Sequence record: OR757453.1
Source of the DNA: Escherichia phage BYEP01
Direction: 5' to 3' (one strand)
Length of the DNA: 64,000 bases
Shown piece after piece: positions 42,060 through 51,593 of this stretch. A program made the translations under genes and the position numbers. Under the pieces are notes generated by a model. That model was not told the origin of the DNA. It saw only the letters and a program-made list of their open reading frames with translations, and did not search any database. Position 1 is the first letter of the stretch; every line of letters begins with the position of its first letter.

Positions 42060-42377
42060 ATGACTGATAAACCCGAAATTAATGATGAAGTGGAAAAGCT
42101 TATTTCTTCTATTGAAGAAAAGAAGCGTCTTGAAGCAGAAAGAAAAGCAAATAAGTTATTGTCTAAAAATAAACGCGAACTGAACCGTCTTTATAAACAC
42201 GCTCAGATTGCAGCTGAAAACAATAATTTTGCTCAATACGAATATGCTATCAAGAAAAGTCGGGATATTCTAAAACAGCCATATAATGATGAACTCATTA
42301 GTATTCTTTGGAAGACTACTAGATCGCAGATTGAGGATATGATTGATGCTTACACACGTAAAATTCAAGCGTCTTAA
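42060..42377 (+). CDS. hypothetical protein (105 aa)
   Basis: ORF. Confidence 0.5.
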   Translation: MTDKPEINDEVEKLISSIEEKKRLEAERKANKLLSKNKRELNRLYKHAQIAAENNNFAQYEYAIKKSRDILKQPYNDELISILWKTTRSQIEDMIDAYTRKIQAS

Positions 42378-42549
42378 AATTAATGCAGGATTTACTGAAT
42401 CTTTGAACGGTCATCTTTGTGTGAAAATTTCTGAAAAAGAATACCATGATAGTTCAATTAAAGAAGTTAATCCTCCTATTGTAAGAGCAGATCCTAATAT
42501 GAAAGTGTGGGTTGATTCTTATCAAGTCAAAAAATGGTGGCAACTGTGA
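42343..42549 (+). CDS. hypothetical protein (68 aa)
   Basis: ORF. Confidence 0.4.
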   Translation: MMLTHVKFKRLKINAGFTESLNGHLCVKISEKEYHDSSIKEVNPPIVRADPNMKVWVDSYQVKKWWQL

Positions 42550-42552
42550 AAG

Positions 42553-42723
42553 ATGAACACCCAGACTTCTGAAAATTTCGATAAAATCCGTAAAGGCAAA
42601 GCAGAAAGAATGAGACGTTTTAAAGAGTCTTATGATAAAGCTAAAGCCGAAGGAACTATTACGTACAAGCCCATTCGATTTAAAAGTTCAAATGAGCCTC
42701 TGTATGACGTATTATGTGGATAG
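42553..42723 (+). CDS. hypothetical small protein (56 aa), not in ORF track
   Basis: Read manually; ends at hairpin. Confidence 0.4.
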   Translation: MNTQTSENFDKIRKGKAERMRRFKESYDKAKAEGTITYKPIRFKSSNEPLYDVLCG

Positions 42724-42738
42724 GAGCTTCGGCTCCTA
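42721..42738 (+). terminator. UUCG-loop hairpin
   Basis: taggagc-ttcg-gctccta. Confidence 0.55.
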
Positions 42739-42789
42739 TATTGCTTTATAAATTTTTGGTAAAATAAACCAAAACAATGAGGACATTAA

Positions 42790-43992
42790 ATGAAAGTATG
42801 TATTTTTATGGCTCGAGGTCTTGAAGGTTGCGGTGTAACTAAATTTTCTCTTGAGCAACGTGATTGGTTTATTAAAAATGGTCATGAAGTAACTTTGGTT
42901 TATGCTAAAGATAAATCATTTACTCGTAATTGCGCGCATGATTATAAATCATTTTCAATTCCGGTTTTATTGGCAAAAGAATACGATAAAACACTTAAGC
43001 TGGTAAATGATTGTGATATTCTAATTATCAATTCAGTTCCTGCTACTTCAGTAGAAGAAGACACAATTAATAACTATAAAAAAATTATTGATAATATTAA
43101 ACCTTCGGTTCGTGTTGTAGTTTATCAGCATGACCATTCTTCTCTTTCTTTACGCCGAAATTTGGGATTAGAAGAAACTGTTCGTCGAGCTGATGTTATT
43201 TTTAGTCATTCTGATAATGGCGATTTTAATAAAGTTTTAATGAAAGAATGGTATCCAGAAACAGTTTCTCTGTTTGATGATATTGAAGAAGCACCGACCG
43301 TATATAACTTTCAGCCTCCTATGGATATTGCGAAGGTTCGATCAACCTACTGGAAAGATGTTTCTGAAATTAACATGAATATCAACCGTTGGATTGGTCG
43401 TACTACTACATGGAAAGGCTTTTATCAGATGTTTGATTTTCACGAAAAACATCTTAAACCTGCAGGACTAAGTACTATTATGGAAGGTCTGGAACGTTCT
43501 CCAGCGTTCATTCCTATTAAAGAAAAAGGAATTCCATACGAGTATTATCGTCTTCACCAAGTAGACCAAATTAAAATTGCTCCTAATTTGCCGACGCAAA
43601 TTCTCGACCGTTATGTAAATAGCGAAATGCTTGAACGCATGAGTAAATCCGGATTTGGTTATCAGCTGAGTAAGTTGGACAAAAAATATCTACAACGTTC
43701 TTTAGAATATACTCATCTCGAGCTTGGTGCATGTGGAACAATTCCGGTATTTTGGAAATCTACTGGCGAAAATTTAAAATTCCGTGTTGATAATACTCCA
43801 TTAATTTCACACGATAGCGGTATCGTTTGGTTTGATGAAAATGACATGGAATCAACATTTGAACGTATTAAAGAACTGTCATCTGACCGAGCTCTTTATG
43901 ACCGTGAACGTGAAAAAGCTTATGAATTTTTGTATCAGCATCAAGATTCAAGCTTCTGCTTTAAAGAACAGTTTGACATTATTACAAAATAA
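42790..43992 (+). CDS. a-gt: DNA alpha-glucosyltransferase (400 aa)
   Basis: 400 aa; MKVCIFMARGLEGCGVTKFSLEQRDWFIKNGHEV matches remembered T4 alpha-gt. Confidence 0.88.
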   Translation: MKVCIFMARGLEGCGVTKFSLEQRDWFIKNGHEVTLVYAKDKSFTRNCAHDYKSFSIPVLLAKEYDKTLKLVNDCDILIINSVPATSVEEDTINNYKKIIDNIKPSVRVVVYQHDHSSLSLRRNLGLEETVRRADVIFSHSDNGDFNKVLMKEWYPETVSLFDDIEEAPTVYNFQPPMDIAKVRSTYWKDVSEINMNINRWIGRTTTWKGFYQMFDFHEKHLKPAGLSTIMEGLERSPAFIPIKEKGIPYEYYRLHQVDQIKIAPNLPTQILDRYVNSEMLERMSKSGFGYQLSKLDKKYLQRSLEYTHLELGACGTIPVFWKSTGENLKFRVDNTPLISHDSGIVWFDENDMESTFERIKELSSDRALYDREREKAYEFLYQHQDSSFCFKEQFDIITK

Positions 43993-44012
43993 AGGGCTTC
44001 GGCCCTTTAGCT
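43992..44012 (+). terminator. UUCG-loop hairpin
   Basis: agggc-ttcg-gccct. Confidence 0.55.
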
Positions 44013-44031
44013 TTATACGGAGTTTGATATA

Positions 44032-44172
44032 ATGATATTTCTTGGATATGTGATACTTTTTCTTGCATTTTATCTATTCACTAGAGCATGTTGGATTGGG
44101 TTCTTTAGCACTCCAGATGGATTTATTTCAATAATTTTATTTTGCATTTCAATGACGGTTCTTGATATATGA
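44032..44172 (+). CDS. small membrane peptide (46 aa), not in ORF track
   Basis: Hydrophobic; ATGA overlap with gene 47 start. Confidence 0.4.
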   Translation: MIFLGYVILFLAFYLFTRACWIGFFSTPDGFISIILFCISMTVLDI

Positions 44173-45188
44173 AAATTTTAAATTTAGGTGATTGGCATTT
44201 AGGCGTTAAAGCTGATGATGAGTGGATTCGCGGTATTCAAATTGATGGAATTAAGCAAGCGATAGAATATTCTAAGAAAAACGGAATTACTGTATGGATT
44301 CAATATGGTGATATTTTTGATGTGCGAAAAGCGATCACGCATAAAACTATGGAGTTTGCTCGCGAAATAGTTCAAATGCTTGATGACGTTGGAATCACAT
44401 TACATACTATTGTAGGAAATCACGATCTCCACTATAAAAATGTAATGCATCCAAATGCCTCTACTGAGCTTTTGGCTAAATATCCTAATGTTAAAGTATA
44501 TGATAAGCCTACTACAGTAGATTTTGACGGATGTTTGATTGATTTAATTCCTTGGATGTGCGAAGAAAATACTGGTGAAATTCTTGAACACATCAAAACT
44601 TCATCTGCTTCTTTTTGTGTTGGTCACTGGGAGTTGAATGGATTTTATTTTTATAAAGGAATGAAATCTCACGGTCTTGAACCTGATTTCCTTAAGACTT
44701 ATAAAGAGGTGTGGTCTGGTCACTTCCATACTATCTCTGAGGCTGCTAACGTCAGATATATTGGGACACCATGGACACTAACTGCAGGTGACGAGAATGA
44801 CCCTCGCGGGTTCTGGATGTTTGATACAGAAACAGAACGAATGGAATTTATTCCAAACAACACTACCTGGCATCGTCGAATTCAGTATCCATTTAAGGGA
44901 AAAATTGACTATAAAGATTTTACAAATCTATCAGTGCGTGTTATAGTAACTGAGGTAGACAAAAATCTAACGAAGTTCGAATCTGAACTAGAAAAAGTTG
45001 TGCATTCATTACGAGTTGTGTCAAAGATTGATAACTCTGTCGAGTCAGATGATAGCGAAGAAGTTGAAGTTCAATCTCTTCAGACGTTGATGGAAGAATA
45101 CATTAATGCAATTCCAGACATCACTGATTCTGATCGCGAAGCACTTATTCAATATGCAAATCAGTTATATGTAGAGGCAACACAATGA
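44169..45188 (+). CDS. 47: recombination endonuclease subunit gp47 (Mre11-like, 339 aa)
   Basis: Phosphoesterase motifs DWHLG, GDIFD, GNHD; 339 aa. Confidence 0.9.
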   Translation: MKILNLGDWHLGVKADDEWIRGIQIDGIKQAIEYSKKNGITVWIQYGDIFDVRKAITHKTMEFAREIVQMLDDVGITLHTIVGNHDLHYKNVMHPNASTELLAKYPNVKVYDKPTTVDFDGCLIDLIPWMCEENTGEILEHIKTSSASFCVGHWELNGFYFYKGMKSHGLEPDFLKTYKEVWSGHFHTISEAANVRYIGTPWTLTAGDENDPRGFWMFDTETERMEFIPNNTTWHRRIQYPFKGKIDYKDFTNLSVRVIVTEVDKNLTKFESELEKVVHSLRVVSKIDNSVESDDSEEVEVQSLQTLMEEYINAIPDITDSDREALIQYANQLYVEATQ

Positions 45189-45448
45189 CTTTTGATGAAT
45201 TTAAAAATGTTATGATGAGTCAGCATTTTGAATGTGAAGTAAAAGATGATATTGGGCATAAAGAAATTATTGAATATTGGTTTGAACCGTTAGAGGTTGA
45301 AGATAATTGTATTAAAAAGGTCACGGTCTGCACTGACTGGGCTGTATCTTTTAACTTCAACATTTTAGATAATGACACACCTAAATCATTACAAGATATG
45401 GCTGTATCTTGTATTAAGGATGCATACTGTGAAGTTTTCGACATTTGA
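45185..45448 (+). CDS. hypothetical protein (87 aa)
   Basis: ATGA overlap with 47. Confidence 0.5.
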   Translation: MTFDEFKNVMMSQHFECEVKDDIGHKEIIEYWFEPLEVEDNCIKKVTVCTDWAVSFNFNILDNDTPKSLQDMAVSCIKDAYCEVFDI

Positions 45449-45635
45449 CATTAACGATGAATTCATAGCAAATATTGATTACACCGAAGAAGATTCTAGA
45501 TATGTTGGAATAATTTATATCACATCAAAAGCAGCACAAGGTGTTGTTTGCATGGCTGAATTTGATGAATACTTTTTAGATTATGATGATATGATAGAAT
45601 GGTCTAAAAGATACATTAAAAGGAATCTTTTGTGA
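45419..45635 (+). CDS. hypothetical protein (start uncertain)
   Basis: ORF; contains FDINDEF segment repeated at N-terminus of downstream HNH gene. Confidence 0.4.
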
Positions 45636-46486
45636 AGAATTTTAAACTTGATATTAATGATGAATTTTTAATAAAGGAATTAGTTGAAAAATTAGTGTTG
45701 AGCGAAGAAGACGCCAAGTCTTACATTAATTTTATTTCTATGAATTCAACTGTTAAAACTCCAGGTAAAACGGAAGCACATCACGTGCTTCCTAAATCAA
45801 TATTTCCTGAATATTTAAAATCTACATGGAATTTAGTTAATTTAAGTCATTTCAATCATTTCAAAGCACATTTCTTATTAGCAAAAGGTAAAAATGGAAA
45901 AATGCTAAATGCTTTAAATAGAATGATGTCAGGAAAAACATATAAAAATTTATCTTTAGCCGAAGTTGATTTAATAGCTGCTGAATATAGTTTTATAAAA
46001 CAAGATGTAAGTGACACAATATCAAAAAGGCTTCAACAGTATTATTCAAATCCGCAAAATAGAAATGCTGCTAGAGAAAGGGCATTAAAATATTTTTCAG
46101 TAGCAAAAAATAGAAAAGATAACAAAGAAAGATTAAATAATTTTAAAACAAAACAAAAAATTTCAATGGCTTCAAGGGAATGGTTTAATAACGAAGAAAA
46201 TAAAATTAAACACCAAAGGGCTGTTCGCGCTGCTTTATCAAAACCTGAATATAAAATAGCTATATCAAATTCAGTAGCTGCTAGTTGGAAAAATCCGGAG
46301 ATTAGAAAAGCTCATATAGCATCTCGACGAAAAGGCTATCATTGGGATAATAAAGATAAATTGTATGAATTGTGGATATCATATAATCGTCCTAAACATG
46401 TGATGTTTAGGAAAATGTTAGTTAAGAATGGATATCCAATAGAGGCTTCATTACAGGCTTTAGTTAAAGAATTTTCTTCATTGTGA
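45632..46486 (+). CDS. HNH homing endonuclease (Mob-like), GTG start
   Basis: EAHHVLPKS...NLVNLSHFNHFKAHF; NUMOD-like repeats. Confidence 0.8.
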   Translation: MKNFKLDINDEFLIKELVEKLVLSEEDAKSYINFISMNSTVKTPGKTEAHHVLPKSIFPEYLKSTWNLVNLSHFNHFKAHFLLAKGKNGKMLNALNRMMSGKTYKNLSLAEVDLIAAEYSFIKQDVSDTISKRLQQYYSNPQNRNAARERALKYFSVAKNRKDNKERLNNFKTKQKISMASREWFNNEENKIKHQRAVRAALSKPEYKIAISNSVAASWKNPEIRKAHIASRRKGYHWDNKDKLYELWISYNRPKHVMFRKMLVKNGYPIEASLQALVKEFSSL

Positions 46487-46501
46487 ACAATTGGATACAA
46501 A

Positions 46502-48184
46502 ATGAAATCATTTAAACTTAATAGAGTAAAATATAAAAATATAATGTCAGTTGGTCAAAATGGAGTTGACATTCAATTAGATAAGGTTCAAAAAACTCTT
46601 ATTACTGGACGAAATGGCGGTGGTAAGTCTACTATGTTAGAAGCCATCACATTTGGGCTTTTTGGCAAGCCATTCCGTGATGTAAAGAAAGGTCAATTAA
46701 TAAACAGCACAAATAAGAAAGAACTTTTAGTTGAACTGTGGATGGAATATGATGAGAAAAAGTACTATATCAAAAGAGGACAAAAACCAAACGTTTTCGA
46801 AATCACCGTTAACGGTACACGTCTTAATGAATCTGCCAGCAGTAAAGATTTCCAAGCAGAATTTGAACAGCTTATCGGAATGTCATATGCCAGTTTCAAG
46901 CAGATTGTTGTCCTTGGTACAGCAGGGTATACCCCTTTCATGGGTTTGTCGACCCCTGCGCGAAGAAAGCTTGTGGAAGACCTGCTTGAGGTAGGAACAT
47001 TAGCTGAAATGGATAAGCTTAATAAAGCACTAATACGTGAATTAAATTCACAAAACCAAGTGCTTGATGTTAAAAAAGATAGTATTATCCAACAAATTAA
47101 AATATATAATGATAACGTTGAACGCCAGAAAAAATTAACTGGTGATAACCTTACTCGTCTGCAGAATATGTATGATGATTTGGCAAAAGAAGCTAGAACG
47201 CTAAAATCGGAAATAGAAGAAGCTAATGAAAGATTAGTTAATATTGTTTTGGATGAAGACCCGACTGATGCATTTAATAAAATCGGTCAAGAAGCATTTT
47301 TAATTAAATCAAAAATTGACTCGTATAATAAAGTCATTAATATGTATCACGAAGGTGGATTATGTCCAACCTGTTTGTCACAATTAAGTTCCGGTGATAA
47401 AGTTGTTTCTAAAATTAAAGATAAAGTTTCTGAATGCACGCATTCATTTGAACAGCTTTCAACACATCGTGATAATTTAAAAGTTCTTGTTGATGAATAC
47501 CGAGATAATATTAAAACCCAACAGTCGTTGGCAAATGATATTCGCAATAAAAAGCAATCTCTGATCGCAGCAGTAGATAAAGCTAAAAAGGTTAAAGCGG
47601 CTATAGAAAAAGCATCTTCTGAGTTTATTGACCATGCTGATGAAATAGCACTGCTTCAAGAAGAACTTGATAAAATTGTTAAGACAAAAACTAATTTAGT
47701 AATGGAAAAATACCACCGAGGAATTTTGACTGATATGCTCAAAGATTCTGGTATTAAAGGTGCTATTATTAAAAAGTACATTCCATTATTTAATAAGCAG
47801 ATTAACCATTATCTTAAAATAATGGAAGCGGATTATGTGTTTACATTAGATGAAGAATTTAATGAGACAATTAAATCCCGTGGTCGTGAAGATTTTAGTT
47901 ATGCTTCATTTAGTGAAGGTGAAAAAGCACGAATTGATATTGCTCTTTTATTTACTTGGCGTGATATTGCTTCTATTGTATCTGGTGTTAGTATTAGTAC
48001 ATTAATTCTTGATGAAGTGTTTGATGGGTCATTTGATGCCGAAGGTATTAAAGGTGTAGCTAATATTATAAATTCAATGAAAAATACTAATGTTTTTATA
48101 ATTTCGCATAAAGACCATGACCCGCAAGAATATGGTCAGCATCTTCAAATGAAGAAAGTTGGTCGATTTACTGTAATGGTTTAA
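46502..48184 (+). CDS. 46: recombination endonuclease subunit gp46 (Rad50/SbcC-like, 560 aa)
   Basis: Walker A GRNGGGKST, central coiled coil with CPTC zinc hook, C-terminal signature; 560 aa. Confidence 0.9.
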   Translation: MKSFKLNRVKYKNIMSVGQNGVDIQLDKVQKTLITGRNGGGKSTMLEAITFGLFGKPFRDVKKGQLINSTNKKELLVELWMEYDEKKYYIKRGQKPNVFEITVNGTRLNESASSKDFQAEFEQLIGMSYASFKQIVVLGTAGYTPFMGLSTPARRKLVEDLLEVGTLAEMDKLNKALIRELNSQNQVLDVKKDSIIQQIKIYNDNVERQKKLTGDNLTRLQNMYDDLAKEARTLKSEIEEANERLVNIVLDEDPTDAFNKIGQEAFLIKSKIDSYNKVINMYHEGGLCPTCLSQLSSGDKVVSKIKDKVSECTHSFEQLSTHRDNLKVLVDEYRDNIKTQQSLANDIRNKKQSLIAAVDKAKKVKAAIEKASSEFIDHADEIALLQEELDKIVKTKTNLVMEKYHRGILTDMLKDSGIKGAIIKKYIPLFNKQINHYLKIMEADYVFTLDEEFNETIKSRGREDFSYASFSEGEKARIDIALLFTWRDIASIVSGVSISTLILDEVFDGSFDAEGIKGVANIINSMKNTNVFIISHKDHDPQEYGQHLQMKKVGRFTVMV

Positions 48185-48239
48185 TTTATAAGAGATTATG
48201 CTTTAATTTATTAGAGTATAATCTCTATGGAGGAAAAAC

Positions 48240-48428
48240 ATGGAATATTCAACTGGACAGCATCTATTAACTATTCCTGAAATAAAACGATATATTCTGA
48301 GAAATAATTTTTCTAATGAAGAGCATATAGTTACTGAATCTATGCTTAAGAATGCATTTAAATCAGAATATACGAAAATAATGTCCAACAGAAATGAAGC
48401 TTGGACTGTTACTGATTATTATGACTAA
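48240..48428 (+). CDS. hypothetical protein (62 aa)
   Basis: SD GGAGGAAAA. Confidence 0.5.
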   Translation: MEYSTGQHLLTIPEIKRYILRNNFSNEEHIVTESMLKNAFKSEYTKIMSNRNEAWTVTDYYD

Positions 48429-48437
48429 AGGTGTATT

Positions 48438-48827
48438 ATGACTAAAATTACTGTGAATTATACTGTTGATGTAAAAGATATTCAGCCAAAACACGTGCGT
48501 TCTGATTCAAATCCACAAAACCAAAATAAAATTCGTCGAGCATGGGTTTTGTCTCTTTCTGATAACGCAATGGAAGTTATTCAGAACAAAATTAAATCTG
48601 CACCTGCTCGTCATGCGTATTATGAAGCTATCGATCGTGAAGTAAGTAATAAATGGATTGAACTAATGCGCAAACATACTACAGAATCCCTAAACGCCGG
48701 TGCTAAATTTATTATGACTTCATGTGGTGAACGCCTTGAAGATGAATATTGCGGTAATGCAGATGAACGTCTAATTGTTGCTGCTCAACTTGTTGCGGAA
48801 ACAATTGCGGCTGATTTTAATCGTTAA
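48438..48827 (+). CDS. rpbA: RNA polymerase binding protein RpbA-like (129 aa)
   Basis: Position between 46 and 45; 129 aa. Confidence 0.6.
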   Translation: MTKITVNYTVDVKDIQPKHVRSDSNPQNQNKIRRAWVLSLSDNAMEVIQNKIKSAPARHAYYEAIDREVSNKWIELMRKHTTESLNAGAKFIMTSCGERLEDEYCGNADERLIVAAQLVAETIAADFNR

Positions 48828-48882
48828 TTGCTTTATTAAATTAGTTATAAAATTAAATCTCATTTGAATTGAAGGAAATTAC

Positions 48883-49569
48883 ATGAAACTGTCTAAAGAT
48901 ACACTGAATATTTTGAAAAATTTCGCTACTATTAACTCCGGTATTATGCTTAAATCCGGTCAATTTATTATGACTCGCGCGGTTAATGGTACCACTTATG
49001 CGGAAGCAAATATTTCTGACGTTATTGATTTTGATGTAGCGATTTACGATTTGAACGGTTTTCTCGGTATTCTGTCTCTAGTTAATGATGATGCAGAAAT
49101 TTCCCAGTCAGAAGATGGTAATATTAAAATTGCTGATGCTCGCTCAACAATTTTTTGGCCAGCAGCCGATCCGAGTACAGTAGTTGCTCCTAATAAACCA
49201 ATTCCATTCCCGGTAGCATCTGTTGTTACTGAAATTAAAGCTGAAGACCTTCAACAACTGTTGCGTGTATCTCGTGGTCTGCAAATTGATACAATTGCTA
49301 TCACGGTAAAAGAAGGTAAAATCGTAATTAACGGTTTTAATAAAGTAGAAGATTCTGCTTTGACCCGTGTTAAATATTCTTTGACTCTTGGTGATTATGA
49401 TGGTGAAAATACATTTAATTTCATTATCAATATGGCAAATATGAAAATGCAACCAGGAAATTATAAACTTCTGCTCTGGGCAAAAGGTAAACAAGGTGCT
49501 GCTAAATTTGAAGGTGAACACGCGAATTATGTGGTAGCTCTTGAAGCTGATTCTACCCACGATTTTTAA
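48883..49569 (+). CDS. 45: sliding clamp gp45 (228 aa)
   Basis: Full-length match to remembered T4 gp45. Confidence 0.93.
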   Translation: MKLSKDTLNILKNFATINSGIMLKSGQFIMTRAVNGTTYAEANISDVIDFDVAIYDLNGFLGILSLVNDDAEISQSEDGNIKIADARSTIFWPAADPSTVVAPNKPIPFPVASVVTEIKAEDLQQLLRVSRGLQIDTIAITVKEGKIVINGFNKVEDSALTRVKYSLTLGDYDGENTFNFIINMANMKMQPGNYKLLLWAKGKQGAAKFEGEHANYVVALEADSTHDF

Positions 49570-49586
49570 TAGAGGGCTTCGGCCCT
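49566..49586 (+). terminator. UUCG-loop hairpin
   Basis: gagggc-ttcg-gccctt. Confidence 0.6.
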
Positions 49587-49620
49587 TTATAATTTACACT
49601 AAAACTTGAATGAGGAAATT

Positions 49621-50580
49621 ATGATTACCGTAAATGAAAAAGAACACATTCTTGAACAGAAATATCGTCCATCTACTATCGATGAATGTATTCTTCCCGC
49701 CTTTGATAAAGAAACCTTTAAATCTATTACAAGTAAAGGTAAGATTCCACATATTATTCTTCATTCTCCTTCTCCAGGAACAGGTAAAACAACTGTAGCA
49801 AAAGCATTGTGTCATGATGTAAATGCTGATATGATGTTTGTGAATGGATCAGATTGTAAAATTGATTTCGTTCGTGGTCCTTTGACTAATTTTGCCAGCG
49901 CCGCTTCATTTGATGGTCGTCAAAAAGTAATCGTTATTGATGAATTTGACCGTTCAGGGTTAGCAGAGTCTCAGCGACATCTTCGTTCCTTTATGGAAGC
50001 TTATAGTTCAAACTGTAGTATTATTATTACTGCTAACAATATTGATGGTATTATTAAACCACTTCAGTCACGCTGTCGAGTTATTACGTTCGGTCAACCG
50101 ACCGATGAAGATAAAATTGAAATGATGAAGCAGATGATTCGTCGATTGACTGAAATCTGTAAGCATGAAGGAATTGCTATAGCTGATATGAAAGTTGTAG
50201 CAGCTTTGGTTAAAAAGAATTTTCCTGATTTTCGTAAAACTATTGGTGAGCTCGATAGTTATTCATCTAAAGGTGTTTTGGATGCTGGTATTTTATCACT
50301 GGTTACTAACGATCGTGGTGCTATTGATGATGTTCTTGAGTCTCTCAAAAATAAAGATGTTAAACAACTCAGAGCTTTAGCACCAAAATATGCGGCTGAT
50401 TATTCGTGGTTCGTAGGTAAACTTGCCGAAGAAATCTATACACGCGTAACTCCGCAAAGTATTATTCGTATGTATGAAATTGTTGGTGAAAATAACCAGT
50501 ATCATGGAATTGCGGCTAATACTGAATTACATTTAGCATATCTTTTCATTCAATTGGCATGTGAAATGCAGTGGAAGTGA
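49621..50580 (+). CDS. 44: clamp loader large subunit gp44 (319 aa)
   Basis: Walker [11 protein letters not shown]; start MITVNEKEH. Confidence 0.92.
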   Translation: MITVNEKEHILEQKYRPSTIDECILPAFDKETFKSITSKGKIPHIILHSPSPGTGKTTVAKALCHDVNADMMFVNGSDCKIDFVRGPLTNFASAASFDGRQKVIVIDEFDRSGLAESQRHLRSFMEAYSSNCSIIITANNIDGIIKPLQSRCRVITFGQPTDEDKIEMMKQMIRRLTEICKHEGIAIADMKVVAALVKKNFPDFRKTIGELDSYSSKGVLDAGILSLVTNDRGAIDDVLESLKNKDVKQLRALAPKYAADYSWFVGKLAEEIYTRVTPQSIIRMYEIVGENNQYHGIAANTELHLAYLFIQLACEMQWK

Positions 50581-50581
50581 T

Positions 50582-51145
50582 ATGAGCTTATTTGAAGATG
50601 ATATTCAATTAAACGAGCATCAAGTTGCTTGGTATTCTAAAGATTGGACAGCTGTCCAATCCGCTGCTGATTCTTTTAAAGAAAAAGCTGAAAATGAGTT
50701 TTTTGAAATAATTGGAGCTATTAATAATAAAACTAAATGCTCTATTGCTCAAAAAGATTATTCAAAATACATGGTTGAGAATGCATTATCACAATTTCCA
50801 GAGTGCATGCCAGCTGTATATGCTATGAATTTAATTGGATCAGGTTTAAGTGATGAAGCTCATTTTAATTATCTGATGGCTGCTGTTCCTCGGGGTAAAA
50901 GATATGGTAAATGGGCAAAACTGGTTGAAGATTCCACCGAAGTATTGATTATTAAGTTACTTGCTAAACGGTATCAAGTTAATACAAATGATGCAATTAA
51001 CTATAAATCAATTCTTACTAAAAACGGAAAACTACCTTTAGTATTAAAAGAACTAAAAGGATTAGTCACGGATGATTTTTTGAAAGAAGTGACTAAGAAC
51101 GTAAAAGAACAGAAACAACTCAAAAAACTAGCATTGGAATGGTAA
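50582..51145 (+). CDS. 62: clamp loader small subunit gp62 (187 aa)
   Basis: Start [18 protein letters not shown]; 187 aa. Confidence 0.9.
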   Translation: MSLFEDDIQLNEHQVAWYSKDWTAVQSAADSFKEKAENEFFEIIGAINNKTKCSIAQKDYSKYMVENALSQFPECMPAVYAMNLIGSGLSDEAHFNYLMAAVPRGKRYGKWAKLVEDSTEVLIIKLLAKRYQVNTNDAINYKSILTKNGKLPLVLKELKGLVTDDFLKEVTKNVKEQKQLKKLALEW

Positions 51146-51146
51146 A

Positions 51147-51515
51147 ATGATTGAAATTACTCTTAAAAAACCTGAAGATTTTCTGAAAGTAAAAGAAACT
51201 TTGACTCGTATGGGAATTGCTAATAATAAAGATAAAGTTCTGTATCAATCCTGTCATATTCTTCAGAAAAAAGGACTATACTATATCGTTCATTTTAAAG
51301 AAATGCTTCGTATGGATGGTCGCCAGGTTGAAATGACAGAAGAAGATGAAGTTCGTCGTGATTCAATCGCATGGCTATTAGAAGATTGGGGACTAATTGA
51401 AATCGTTCCTGGTCAAAGAACTTTTATGAAAGATTTAACTAATAACTTCCGAGTTATTTCTTTTAAACAAAAACATGAATGGAAACTCGTTCCTAAATAT
51501 ACGATTGGTAATTAA
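51147..51515 (+). CDS. regA: translational repressor RegA (122 aa)
   Basis: Full-length match to remembered T4 RegA. Confidence 0.92.
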   Translation: MIEITLKKPEDFLKVKETLTRMGIANNKDKVLYQSCHILQKKGLYYIVHFKEMLRMDGRQVEMTEEDEVRRDSIAWLLEDWGLIEIVPGQRTFMKDLTNNFRVISFKQKHEWKLVPKYTIGN

Positions 51516-51518
51516 GCA

Positions 51519-51538
51519 AGGGGCTTCGGCCCCTTAAT
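51519..51538 (+). terminator. UUCG-loop hairpin
   Basis: aggggc-ttcg-gcccct. Confidence 0.6.
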
Positions 51539-51593
51539 TGGAGTATAATATATCAAGAGCCTAATAACTCGGGCTATAAACTAAGGAATATCT

